A DNA stretch of 64,000 bases, from positions 3,363 through 67,362 of the forward strand of contig CAIUWK010000068.1 in the NCBI GenBank assembly GCA_903902855.1. Reading direction: 5' to 3'. This stretch comes from an uncultured Geobacter sp. (GTDB lineage Bacteria; Desulfobacterota; Desulfuromonadia; Geobacterales; CAIOGM01). Numbering within the stretch: position 1 is the first letter of the stretch; every line of letters starts with the position of its first letter. A program made the translations under genes and the position numbers. Shown piece by piece: positions 16,382-23,998 of the stretch. The notes beneath the pieces are model-generated. The model made no database searches and was not told the origin of the DNA. It saw only the letters and a list, made by a program, of their open reading frames with translations.

Positions 16382-16431
16382 ATAAACCTTAAACCTTGAA
16401 CCTTTAGCCTTCAGCCTTCAGCCTTTAACCT
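16382..16431. repeat. 7-nt array TTNANCC x7
   Basis: ataaacc ttaaacc ttgaacc tttagcc ttcagcc ttcagcc tttaacc. Confidence 0.9.
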
Positions 16432-17347
16432 GCATGTGTTCTTTCTCCCACTGCTCAAACTCCTCCATCACCTGGGGATTGAGGCCCGGTCCGCCGATAT
16501 CCATGACGGCGCGATCCTGCCAGGCGTTGGCCGTCATCCGCATGTAATCCAGGGTAGAGATCAGCGCCGCCGCTTCCCGTGGCGTATGGTCCCGGTTGGC
16601 CAGCTCCTCAAAGGCGCTTTCCATCTTGAGCATGTAGCCGTCAAAGCCGACCCGCAGGGTAAAGACCTTGTTCAGATAGCCGTCTTCCTCGCCGGTCATC
16701 CCCTTGACGGCGGCGCGTCCTTCCAGCTTGTCCACCTGCTGCTGGAGCTTCTGCACCTCCTTGTGGGTAGCGGTCTGCACCCGGTCAAAGGCTTTCTTTT
16801 GGGCGACGACTTCCGCCTTCGTTTTGGCCTGCTCCTCGATAATCGTTTCGATGGCCGCCTGCAGATCTTCCCGGTGGTCCGAGTCCAGAGGAATCCGTTC
16901 CCCGCCGATCTCCACCGCCTCGGCGTCGATGATCAGGACGCCGTCATGGGTGAGGAGCCGTAGCTTACGAATATCTTTGTGGCTTAGTGAAAACTGGTGG
17001 CACGTATCCAAAAATTGAGGACCTAACACATCGAGTTGCCGCAGGCGTTCATCAGTCGTATGACGATCTAAACCAATGTAATCACAAAATTTTTCCCAAG
17101 TTCCGATAGTCGGAAGGTCGCGGTATATCTTTGTCTCCTTCAACTTTTGCAACTGCACTAAACTGGCGACAGTCACCACTTTTTCAACGAAAGTGAATGC
17201 CTGAATCCGTCCAGCAAACTCGTGGGCCTCGGCAATGCGTGACTGCTTGCACTTCAGCTCCGCGATCTCCAGATCTGCCTGCTCCCGGGCGATACTGGCG
17301 ATGGAATTGACCGTATCCACCTCTGACTCCATCCCTTTTCTACTCAT
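16418..17347 (-). CDS. phage early protein (309 aa), coiled-coil, unknown
   Basis: ORF-track ORF between the Ner-like gene and the transposase. Its last codons run into a TTNANCC repeat array. Confidence 0.5.
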   Translation of the reverse strand: MSRKGMESEVDTVNSIASIAREQADLEIAELKCKQSRIAEAHEFAGRIQAFTFVEKVVTVASLVQLQKLKETKIYRDLPTIGTWEKFCDYIGLDRHTTDERLRQLDVLGPQFLDTCHQFSLSHKDIRKLRLLTHDGVLIIDAEAVEIGGERIPLDSDHREDLQAAIETIIEEQAKTKAEVVAQKKAFDRVQTATHKEVQKLQQQVDKLEGRAAVKGMTGEEDGYLNKVFTLRVGFDGYMLKMESAFEELANRDHTPREAAALISTLDYMRMTANAWQDRAVMDIGGPGLNPQVMEEFEQWEKEHMQVKG

Positions 17348-17651
17348 GATCCGCTCCGATACTGGTCAAATCGCGGCCAATCCGGTCGCGTTTACCTTCC
17401 AGATTCGCCTTCACCCTGGCCCAAAACAGCGCCACCCCCATGCCGATCTCCCACACATCATTCTCCCGCCGGACGAATCCCGCATCCAACGCCGTCATCA
17501 GCCAGCAAAGCACCGTATTCACCGACTCGCCCATTCCCTGAGCAATCTCCGCCGCCGACATCGGCTGTTTCGCCTGAGACATCAGCTTCAACATCTCATA
17601 CCCCTGCGCCTGCGCCTTAATCCGTCGATAACTATCCCCAGCCATACTCAA
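17340..17651 (-). CDS. winged-helix (IclR/MarR-like HTH) small protein
   Basis: 103 aa. MSAAEIAQGMGESVNTVLCWLMTALDAGFV resembles a wHTH. Confidence 0.45.
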   Translation of the reverse strand: MSMAGDSYRRIKAQAQGYEMLKLMSQAKQPMSAAEIAQGMGESVNTVLCWLMTALDAGFVRRENDVWEIGMGVALFWARVKANLEGKRDRIGRDLTSIGADHE

Positions 17652-17673
17652 AAGCTCCCTTTATCCCTGATTT

Positions 17674-17703
17674 TTCAACCTAGAACCTTGAACCTTGAAC
17701 CTG
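17674..17703. repeat. 7-nt array TTGAACC type
   Basis: ttcaacc tagaacc ttgaacc ttgaacc. Confidence 0.9.
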
Positions 17704-17705
17704 TT

Positions 17706-18140
17706 TCACCTTATTCCAACCTTTCCCCTCAGCCCCGCAATCTCCAGATCCAGCTTCCGCTTCTGCTCTTCCAGCCGCGCCAGCCGGAACAGATCCCGGT
17801 CCTCCGGTCCCACCACCTCGCCGCCCAGGGGGTCAAGCAGATAATGAAACGGCTGCAACGAACCCACCACCCGGCACAGCGCCGGCAGAGCCTCGGCCCG
17901 CAACGCATGCGCCAGATCACTCCCCGTATACTTGTCAAGGGTGTCCTTGCTCAGGTCCCGCCGTTGCAGCCGGCTGATCTCCGCCGCCACCTGATACCGG
18001 TCCTTGCCGCTCTGGCTGATGGAGCGACTCAAACATTGACGAAAGCCCAGGGCGATATCCATGGAACCTTCCGTATCGGTGTCGAACAAAGCCTGTTGAC
18101 TGGACAGCAAACTGTCTTTACTACTGCGGACTTTCGACAT
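17706..18140 (-). CDS. phage early protein (144 aa), unknown
   Basis: ATG at 18140 with an AAGAGG SD. The 210-aa track form would overlap the Ner-like gene. Confidence 0.45.
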   Translation of the reverse strand: MSKVRSSKDSLLSSQQALFDTDTEGSMDIALGFRQCLSRSISQSGKDRYQVAAEISRLQRRDLSKDTLDKYTGSDLAHALRAEALPALCRVVGSLQPFHYLLDPLGGEVVGPEDRDLFRLARLEEQKRKLDLEIAGLRGKVGIR

Positions 18141-18190
18141 TGCGCAAACCTCTTTATCTGTCAAAATCAAAGCAAATTTGATAAGATGCT

Positions 18191-18418
18191 TTAAGCGGCG
18201 TGGCGGTATTCTTCCGGCGTATCGGGAAACAACGCTTCCACCGGAACCTGGCACATCTCGGCGATCGTCCGGCGCACTCGGTACCCCGTCCGCTGGCCGG
18301 AGAGGATGTAATGGATGTAGGTCATACTGATCCCACATGCCTGTGAAATGGCCCGATTGGTGACACCTTTCTTCACCATCTCGGATCGTACATGTCGGAA
18401 CTGTTCCTGTGCGGTCAT
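18191..18418 (-). CDS. Ner-like HTH transcriptional regulator
   Basis: 75 aa. HTH NRAISQACGISMTYIHYIL. Size and position near the divergent repressor as in Mu ner. Confidence 0.6.
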   Translation of the reverse strand: MTAQEQFRHVRSEMVKKGVTNRAISQACGISMTYIHYILSGQRTGYRVRRTIAEMCQVPVEALFPDTPEEYRHAA

Positions 18419-18439
18419 GGCTTCTCCTTTACTTTTGCT

Positions 18440-18733
18440 TCAGTCTTCTTTGTAGATCAACAGGTCAACTTTACCCGGAGCGGGGAAATCTATTGTGTAG
18501 TAGTACAATTTCGTCTCAAGATCAGGGAAGATATCGTAAACACATTGCCAGAGTTCCCATTTAGCAAGGGTCAGATAACGACCTTCGTTGTTTGCCCTGA
18601 TGTTTTGATCACTGAGACGAAGCAGTTCGAGTACCCTGCTGCCCGGTACCGATAACCGTAATACAGGGAGTTCTGGTTCACTTTTGATCTCACACCTATC
18701 TTTCAGGAGGGATCCCAAATGGCTTATTTTCAT
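18440..18733 (-). CDS. first gene of the early operon (97 aa), unknown
   Basis: ATG at 18733 with a perfect AAGGAGA SD. Visibly AT-richer than its neighbours. The 182-aa track form extends into the operator region. Confidence 0.45.
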   Translation of the reverse strand: MKISHLGSLLKDRCEIKSEPELPVLRLSVPGSRVLELLRLSDQNIRANNEGRYLTLAKWELWQCVYDIFPDLETKLYYYTIDFPAPGKVDLLIYKED

Positions 18734-19004
18734 GACTGTCTCCTTTACGGGCAAAGTGTTGTTAGTTTGGTTATCCTGGTACTCGTAGCCTGGAACCGAT
18801 ACGAGAAAGTTATGGCCCTTAGAAAAGCTCGTAAAACAAAGGCGGCCTGTTCCAAGCCGGACAATGAACCACCCATCAAACAGCGGCAGAATGGGCTTCA
18901 TAAACGGTAAATTATCGTTACTCTCTTGAACCGGTGAAAAGTGATAACGTGATAGACGGATATTATCCGAATGGATAAGAACTGTCAACAGGAAAATTAT
19001 ACAA
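18734..19004. promoter_or_regulatory. divergent repressor/early-operon control region with repeated GATAA/TTATC motifs
   Basis: AT-rich 271-bp gap between divergent genes. At least six GATAA/TTATC occurrences in 18910-19015, including GGATATTATCC and GTGATAACGTGATAG. Confidence 0.5.
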
Positions 19005-19388
19005 ATGGATAATTTATTGCTTGGTGATCGAATCCTTTTTGCTATCAGGGCTTATGGACATAGCCAAGACGCCATTGCAGCGTCTTTGGACGTGTCTCCA
19101 GTATCCTTGAATCGGTACATAAAAGGTCACCGAGTACCAGATGCGGATTTTCTTATCCGTTTGGTTGCAATAACTGGTTGTGATGCAGGATGGCTATTAA
19201 CCGGGAAAGAACGAGCTGAAGGAGGGAACGAGAGGATTAACCAGCGGCCCATGGATACCATAACGGAGAAGATTCACCAGCACCTGGAGCAAATGTGTGA
19301 GGATCAAAAGCGGGACGTCCTAAAATACGCTGAAGAGAAGAAACTGCTTTCAGAACTGATGTCGGAGCGGCAAAGAAAGACAGGATGA
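19005..19388 (+). CDS. XRE-family phage repressor (Mu c-like role)
   Basis: 127 aa. HTH SQDAIAASLDVSPVSLNRYIKGH. Divergent from the early lytic operon. Confidence 0.75.
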   Translation: MDNLLLGDRILFAIRAYGHSQDAIAASLDVSPVSLNRYIKGHRVPDADFLIRLVAITGCDAGWLLTGKERAEGGNERINQRPMDTITEKIHQHLEQMCEDQKRDVLKYAEEKKLLSELMSERQRKTG

Positions 19389-19822
19389 ATAAGGGGGATA
19401 TTGTGAGTAGGATTGTTTTTCTGTTATTTGTTATTTGTGTGGGAGGGTGCGGTAATATCGAATGGTTTCCATCTACTTCGCAGGGTAATACCACAACTAC
19501 CACGGTAAGCCACACGGCACTTTGCACTGACGGCACCTATAGTGATTCGGCGACTTGTAGCGGTACCTGCTCATCTCACGGCGGTGTAAGCGTATGGTAT
19601 GTCGCGGACTGCGGCACCGCGACTACTCTGGGGAGCGCGACAGCTACTTGTACTGACGGTTTTCTCAGTTATTCTCAGAATTGTTCAGGAACTTGTTCTT
19701 CACATGGTGGAGTTGCAACTTGGCACACAACCGCGTGCGGTGGAACTGTTGCCAAAGCTCTCGCATTTCCACAATATAGTGGAGCCTCTATTGAACTGAC
19801 GACACTTATTACCTCTCAATAA
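19385..19822 (+). CDS. prophage lipoprotein with two DUF3761-like Cys-rich repeats
   Basis: ATGA overlap with the repressor stop. Signal peptide plus lipobox-like CVGG-C. Repeats CTDGTYSDSATCSGTCSSHGGVSVWY and CTDGFLSYSQNCSGTCSSHGGVATWH. Confidence 0.6.
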   Translation: MNKGDIVSRIVFLLFVICVGGCGNIEWFPSTSQGNTTTTTVSHTALCTDGTYSDSATCSGTCSSHGGVSVWYVADCGTATTLGSATATCTDGFLSYSQNCSGTCSSHGGVATWHTTACGGTVAKALAFPQYSGASIELTTLITSQ

Positions 19823-20045
19823 ATTACCGGGGGAAGAACGAGCTGGAAGTAGCGGGGAGGGGATGACGCCGATGCCAGGGCAAAGCCAGTCCCTGGGCGG
19901 GATGGTGCAGCAGCAGGGAGACGCGATCACGGAACAGATCATCCGTCGCCTGGGACAAATGTCAGAAGATCAACGACGGGACGTGCTAAAATACGCCGAA
20001 GAAAAACAACTCCTCGCTCAACTGATGGCCGAACGGCAACGATGA
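19821..20045 (+). pseudogene. second copy of the repressor C-terminal region (remnant, or a small C-terminal-only protein starting at 19863)
   Basis: 19823-19849 matches 19196-19222, and 19967-20043 matches 19300-19376. Encodes EDQRRDVLKYAEEKQLLAQLMAERQR versus the repressor's EDQKRDVLKYAEEKKLLSELMSERQRK. Confidence 0.55.
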
Positions 20046-20098
20046 CCGGATAATGACGGACCTGGGGAACGAGTCTGTACAAGGGAGGATAGTGATAA

Positions 20099-20460
20099 TG
20101 GATATATTTATCAGGAAAGAACGTACTGGAGCTCAGCGTTACTGCCTGTCATGTCAGTTTTACGGTGAAATGAAAACCTGGATTCGTAACTACAATCTGC
20201 CTCAAGTCGTTATGATTTTTCTGCTATTCAGTTACATCCTCCCCGGTTTACTCTTCATTGCCTACTTCTGGAATAAGTACAAGTGTCCCCAGTGCGGTCA
20301 AGTAGGAAAAAACATAGACAAAAAACCCGGACCTAAACCAATTTACGACTTGGATCAGCCCATTCTAAAGCCACCATCAAAAATATGCCCCTATTGCGCT
20401 GAAACCATCAAGCAACAGGCAATCGTCTGTCGTTATTGCGGGAAAGACCTCCACCACTGA
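20099..20460 (+). CDS. zinc-ribbon membrane protein (120 aa), unknown
   Basis: AGGGAGGA SD before the ATG at 20099. CLSC, one TM helix (VVMIFLLFSYILPGLLFIAYFW), CPQC, then C-terminal CPYC-x12-CRYC. Confidence 0.5.
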
Positions 20461-20587
20461 AGAGGCTGATCCGCCCTTCCCTCCCCTACCCCGTTGAAAA
20501 AGTAATTACGTCAGCAGAAAGCAGATGATCCCGAATGAGCATCGCGGGGTAATGAAGAATTTTGTACTACCATGATATGGAGGGAAT

Positions 20588-21577
20588 ATGAATACTGTTC
20601 AGACTACAGAGTTTATCATCGATAGTGACAATTCCGCCTGGGAGCTGCTGGAAAAGACTCTACGGGAAGGTGCACCAGAAGGTTTGCTCGACATCCGGTT
20701 TGATGGCTGGCCCAAGCTAGTATTTTGCCTAAAAGGCGACAAGTTCGATTCATCCCTGACAATCAAAACGATGAATTACTTCGTCGAATTGCAGCGAAAT
20801 ATCAATTGCTCTTATGCCCAATTGAAGTACAATCGGCCTAACGCGATTGGATTATCCAATTCCGAACGGGATAGCCTAGAGCTCATAGTTAAGGTTGATA
20901 AAGGCTCGTCTATTTTCGAGGTCAACTTTCAACAGGCTTTTGAGGGACTTTTAAAGGGGATCGTTGGCAAAATGACTGGCACGGAGATGTTGTATACTAT
21001 TCTCGGCGTTGGGTTAATCTATGGCACGGTCACGGTGCTAAAGAATTACATCGATCAGCAGGGTAAAAACAAACAGATCGATATGATCCAGGCATTAAGC
21101 GTCCAGGAAACTGAGAAAATGAAGTTAATCGTCGAGGCTGCCAAGCGGCAACCGCAACTGGCACCCATCTACGCCGATGCTGAAGAGACTTACAACGATC
21201 TGCTTCGTAGTACCATTGAAGCTGATTATCTGGAAGTGGGTAAATATCGCCTGCAAAGGGATATTGCCGAACAAATGCTCAGGCAGAAGCGGGAAAAGTC
21301 GGTCGAGGTTCAGTTGAACGGCTATTACCGCATCCTCAGTGTGGACAGCTCTAAAAAAGAAGGCTTCACGGTTGGGCTCAGATCGGCAGATGATCAACGC
21401 GAGTTCCAGGCGGTACTTGATGATAATTTTGTATTCAGAAGGGATGCCAATCTGGAACTTATCAAGAATGCAGAATGGGGTAAGACCGATATTCATTTAC
21501 GCATTAATGGCAAAGAGCTCCGCGGGGCAATTCAACAAGCCACAATCATCGAAGTCATTATTGACAACATCAAGTAA
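20588..21577 (+). CDS. orphan 329-aa protein with one central hydrophobic helix and a coiled-coil
   Basis: GGAGGG SD. MLYTILGVGLIYGTVTVL is the only hydrophobic segment. Visibly AT-richer than the phage core. I recognise no family. Confidence 0.55.
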   Translation: MNTVQTTEFIIDSDNSAWELLEKTLREGAPEGLLDIRFDGWPKLVFCLKGDKFDSSLTIKTMNYFVELQRNINCSYAQLKYNRPNAIGLSNSERDSLELIVKVDKGSSIFEVNFQQAFEGLLKGIVGKMTGTEMLYTILGVGLIYGTVTVLKNYIDQQGKNKQIDMIQALSVQETEKMKLIVEAAKRQPQLAPIYADAEETYNDLLRSTIEADYLEVGKYRLQRDIAEQMLRQKREKSVEVQLNGYYRILSVDSSKKEGFTVGLRSADDQREFQAVLDDNFVFRRDANLELIKNAEWGKTDIHLRINGKELRGAIQQATIIEVIIDNIK

Positions 21578-21584
21578 CACAAAA

Positions 21585-21609
21585 ATGAGGGGCAAACATC
21601 GCCCCTCAT
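21585..21609. terminator. GC hairpin after the cargo genes
   Basis: atgaggggc / gcccctcat 9-bp stem with a 7-nt loop. The A5 run upstream reads as a T-run on the minus strand, so the canonical form is for leftward transcription. Confidence 0.5.
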
Positions 21610-21615
21610 CCAGGT

Positions 21616-21672
21616 TCAAACCAACCGAAATTTTCACGGCGCAAATCCATCAAACCAACCTTGAAAACATTC
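21616..21672. repeat. two direct repeats TCAAACCAACC-(1-2 nt)-GAAA near the prophage end (candidate transposase-binding sites)
   Basis: tcaaaccaaccgaaattttc at 21616-21635 and tcaaaccaaccttgaaaacattc at 21650-21672. Confidence 0.4.
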
Positions 21673-21761
21673 CTTCTCCACCCTCCCGTCAACCATTCGC
21701 CAATCATCGTCGCGGTCATTTATCGCATTTCCCCCTACTTGTTTATCCTCCCCCCCTTTAA

Positions 21762-21992
21762 CAGGACGACGGAACTGTTCTGGGCGGTAACGGTCCTTAC
21801 TACGTCTCCAACAACAAGAACGGCAACGCGGGCTACCCTTGGGCGCTGGACATCCCGCAGGGATGGAAGTGGCCGACGGAGACGATCGATATCGTGACGG
21901 CGTATCCGAACTTTGCGGCATGGGTCCAATCGAGCGGCAAGCTGCAAACCACGTGGTATCTCTCGCCAAACAGTGCGAAGGTTTATCCGTAA
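21762..21992 (+). pseudogene. 3' fragment of an LruC/DUF4842-domain gene, 5'-truncated
   Basis: The frame opens right after a stop at 21759-21761, with no start codon. Encodes QDDGTVLGGNGPYYVSNNKNGNAGYPWALDIPQGWKWPTETIDIVTAYPNFAAWVQSSGKLQTTWYLSPNSAKVYP, which resembles the LruC C-terminal motif as I recall it. Confidence 0.55.
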
Positions 21993-22016
21993 GAAGCGCC
22001 CGACAGGTACGACAAC

Positions 22017-22055
22017 GAGAGTGGGCCGCCCGGATATTCCGGGCGGCCCACTCTC
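22017..22055 (+). terminator. 17-bp perfect hairpin after the LruC-like fragment
   Basis: gagagtgggccgcccgg-atatt-ccgggcggcccactctc. Confidence 0.6.
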
Positions 22056-22098
22056 TATATGGGTCGCCTTTATTGACCTTGCAGAGTTTTTCTAATAG

Positions 22099-22123
22099 TC
22101 TTCAGCCTTCAACCTATCAACCT
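22099..22123. repeat. 7-8-nt array TTCAGCC/TTCAACC type
   Basis: tcttcagccttcaacctatcaacc. Confidence 0.75.
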
Positions 22124-22155
22124 GAGTAGTTACTTCTGCTTGCTCTCCCGGATGC

Positions 22156-23745
22156 TCATGATTTACTCCTCTTTGCAGGTTTCAAGGCAGCGGTTTTGAT
22201 TTTAATTGATGTTTTTTGAGCGCCACTGCGACGCTGGTGAAATTTTCGGGACAACTCGTCCCACTCTATGGTCAGGGAGCCATTGGTCGTTTCATGCTGT
22301 TTTTCCCAGTTTGCCAGCAGGTCAAAACAGGCGTGATCGATGTAATCAAGTTTATCAAGGTGCACGTGAACATCTGTTCCGGAGCGTACCTGTTCCAATG
22401 CCGCGGCAAGCATGGGGAGGCGAATCAGGGTGGCGGAACCGGTCAACCGGAGGTGCACTGAGTTTTTGTCCACATCATCTCTGTATTCGATATCGAGTTG
22501 CGAGAAGACATAGAGCAGTTTGAACAGCGATAGCAGCAGTCCCAAGACCACCCCTTTGAGCAGATCGGTGCCGACTATCACAAAAATAGTCACTGCGTAA
22601 ATAGCCACTTCGCTCTTGCCGAACTCGAGAAGCTTCGGCACAGCCTTCGGATACGCAAGCTTATAACCGGTGAAGACCAGCACGGCGGCAAGGCTGGACA
22701 CCGGGATATAGCGGAGCGTGAACGGCAGCACGGCGGCGAACAGCAGCAGCCATAACCCATGAAAAATTGCCGAAGCGCGGGTTTTTGCGCCGGCTTCGAT
22801 GTTGGCGCTGGAGCGAACGATAACTCCTGTCATCGGCAGGACTCCGAGGAGTCCGCAGATGATGTTGCCTACCCCTTGTGCCGACAATTCCTTATCATAC
22901 TTTGTTCGCTCTCCCTGATGCATCTGATCAACAGCGCTGGCGCAGAGCAGCGTTTCGGCGCTGGCGATGAACGCTACCGAGACCGCAGCAATCAGGATCG
23001 GTGTTTCAAACAGATGAGTGAGGCTATCGAGAGTCGGGTATTGTATCACCGACCAGATATTGTCCGGCACAATAACGTAGTTGATCTTGAGTTTGAAATA
23101 GGCCGCAGCTAGTACCGCAATCACAACGGCGATCAGCGGCGCCGGCAATACCTTGAGTTTTTTTGGCGCGTATGCGCCCCACAGGGCCATAACCGAAATA
23201 CTCAAGATGCCGATGTAGAGTGCGTGGAGCGGAGCACCGCCATTAGATACGGCATTGTTCAGTGCATTGGGAATAGCCAGCAGATTGTCGATTCCCTTGC
23301 CGATGGGCTTGCTGTCAAGCATGACATGAAACTGCCCGGTCAGAATCAATAGCCCGATCCCGGCCAGCATGCCGTGAATAACGGCGGGTGAAACTGCACG
23401 AAACCACTGCCCCAGTTTGAGCAGGCCGGCGGTGAGTTGGAGCACTCCTGCCAACAGAATGATCACACCTAGCATCGGCAGGCCGTGCTGCTGTACCAGC
23501 TGCCACACCAGTACCGTCAGACCCGCGGCGGGGCCGCTCACCTGGAACGGTGAACCTGCCAGGAACCCGACAACGAGTCCTCCAACGACACCGGTAATGA
23601 GCCCCGCTGTCGGCGGCACACCGGAGGCGATGGAGACCCCCATACAGAGCGGCAGAGCCACCAGAAAAACGACAACGGAAGCCATCGCATCCTTGCCGAG
23701 CCACGCTTTAATACCTGATTGCACGGACGATACTGCCTTGGACAT
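22156..23745 (-). CDS. SulP-family anion transporter with C-terminal STAS domain
   Basis: ATG at 23745 (AAGGA SD) gives a 529-aa multi-TM protein plus a soluble C-terminal domain. Typical SulP N-terminus SGIKAWLGKDAMASVVVFLVALPLCMG. Confidence 0.8.
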   Translation of the reverse strand: MSKAVSSVQSGIKAWLGKDAMASVVVFLVALPLCMGVSIASGVPPTAGLITGVVGGLVVGFLAGSPFQVSGPAAGLTVLVWQLVQQHGLPMLGVIILLAGVLQLTAGLLKLGQWFRAVSPAVIHGMLAGIGLLILTGQFHVMLDSKPIGKGIDNLLAIPNALNNAVSNGGAPLHALYIGILSISVMALWGAYAPKKLKVLPAPLIAVVIAVLAAAYFKLKINYVIVPDNIWSVIQYPTLDSLTHLFETPILIAAVSVAFIASAETLLCASAVDQMHQGERTKYDKELSAQGVGNIICGLLGVLPMTGVIVRSSANIEAGAKTRASAIFHGLWLLLFAAVLPFTLRYIPVSSLAAVLVFTGYKLAYPKAVPKLLEFGKSEVAIYAVTIFVIVGTDLLKGVVLGLLLSLFKLLYVFSQLDIEYRDDVDKNSVHLRLTGSATLIRLPMLAAALEQVRSGTDVHVHLDKLDYIDHACFDLLANWEKQHETTNGSLTIEWDELSRKFHQRRSGAQKTSIKIKTAALKPAKRSKS

Positions 23746-23998
23746 GCGGTTTATCCTTATATGAGTAATTGAGTTAGGCTTCAGGAGGTTAGGCTCTGAG
23801 CGGTACGTTTTCCATGACCCAGGTTGCGACAGATTCGGTGGAGGTGCCCGGGGGCATTCCGGTGACACTATACATAACTATCCCGGAATTTGCCAGAGAT
23901 AGAGAGGTCAATTGAATCTATTGACTATCACGAATTTGGGGGGAGGCATTATGCCCCCCTCAGAGAGGCTGAGATCAGAAGGTTTTCAAGCCAGCAAT

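Larger units (their letters stand above)
1..21763 (-). mobile_element. Mu-like transposable prophage, partial (window starts inside head-morphogenesis genes; host-proximal end approximate)
   Basis: Colinear minus-strand order: Ner-like, DDE transposase, MuB-like AAA+, DUF3164, HU, GemA, Mor, lysis genes, DUF1804, large terminase, DUF935 portal, Mu F. Divergent repressor on plus strand. A truncated host gene fragment begins at 21762. Confidence 0.8.

Noticed and set aside
21634-22129. Several 70-111-aa ORFs on both strands across the prophage-host junction
   Set aside because: They are mutually overlapping with no SD. One frame without a start codon gives a recognisable LruC-like C-terminus, so the others are treated as noise.
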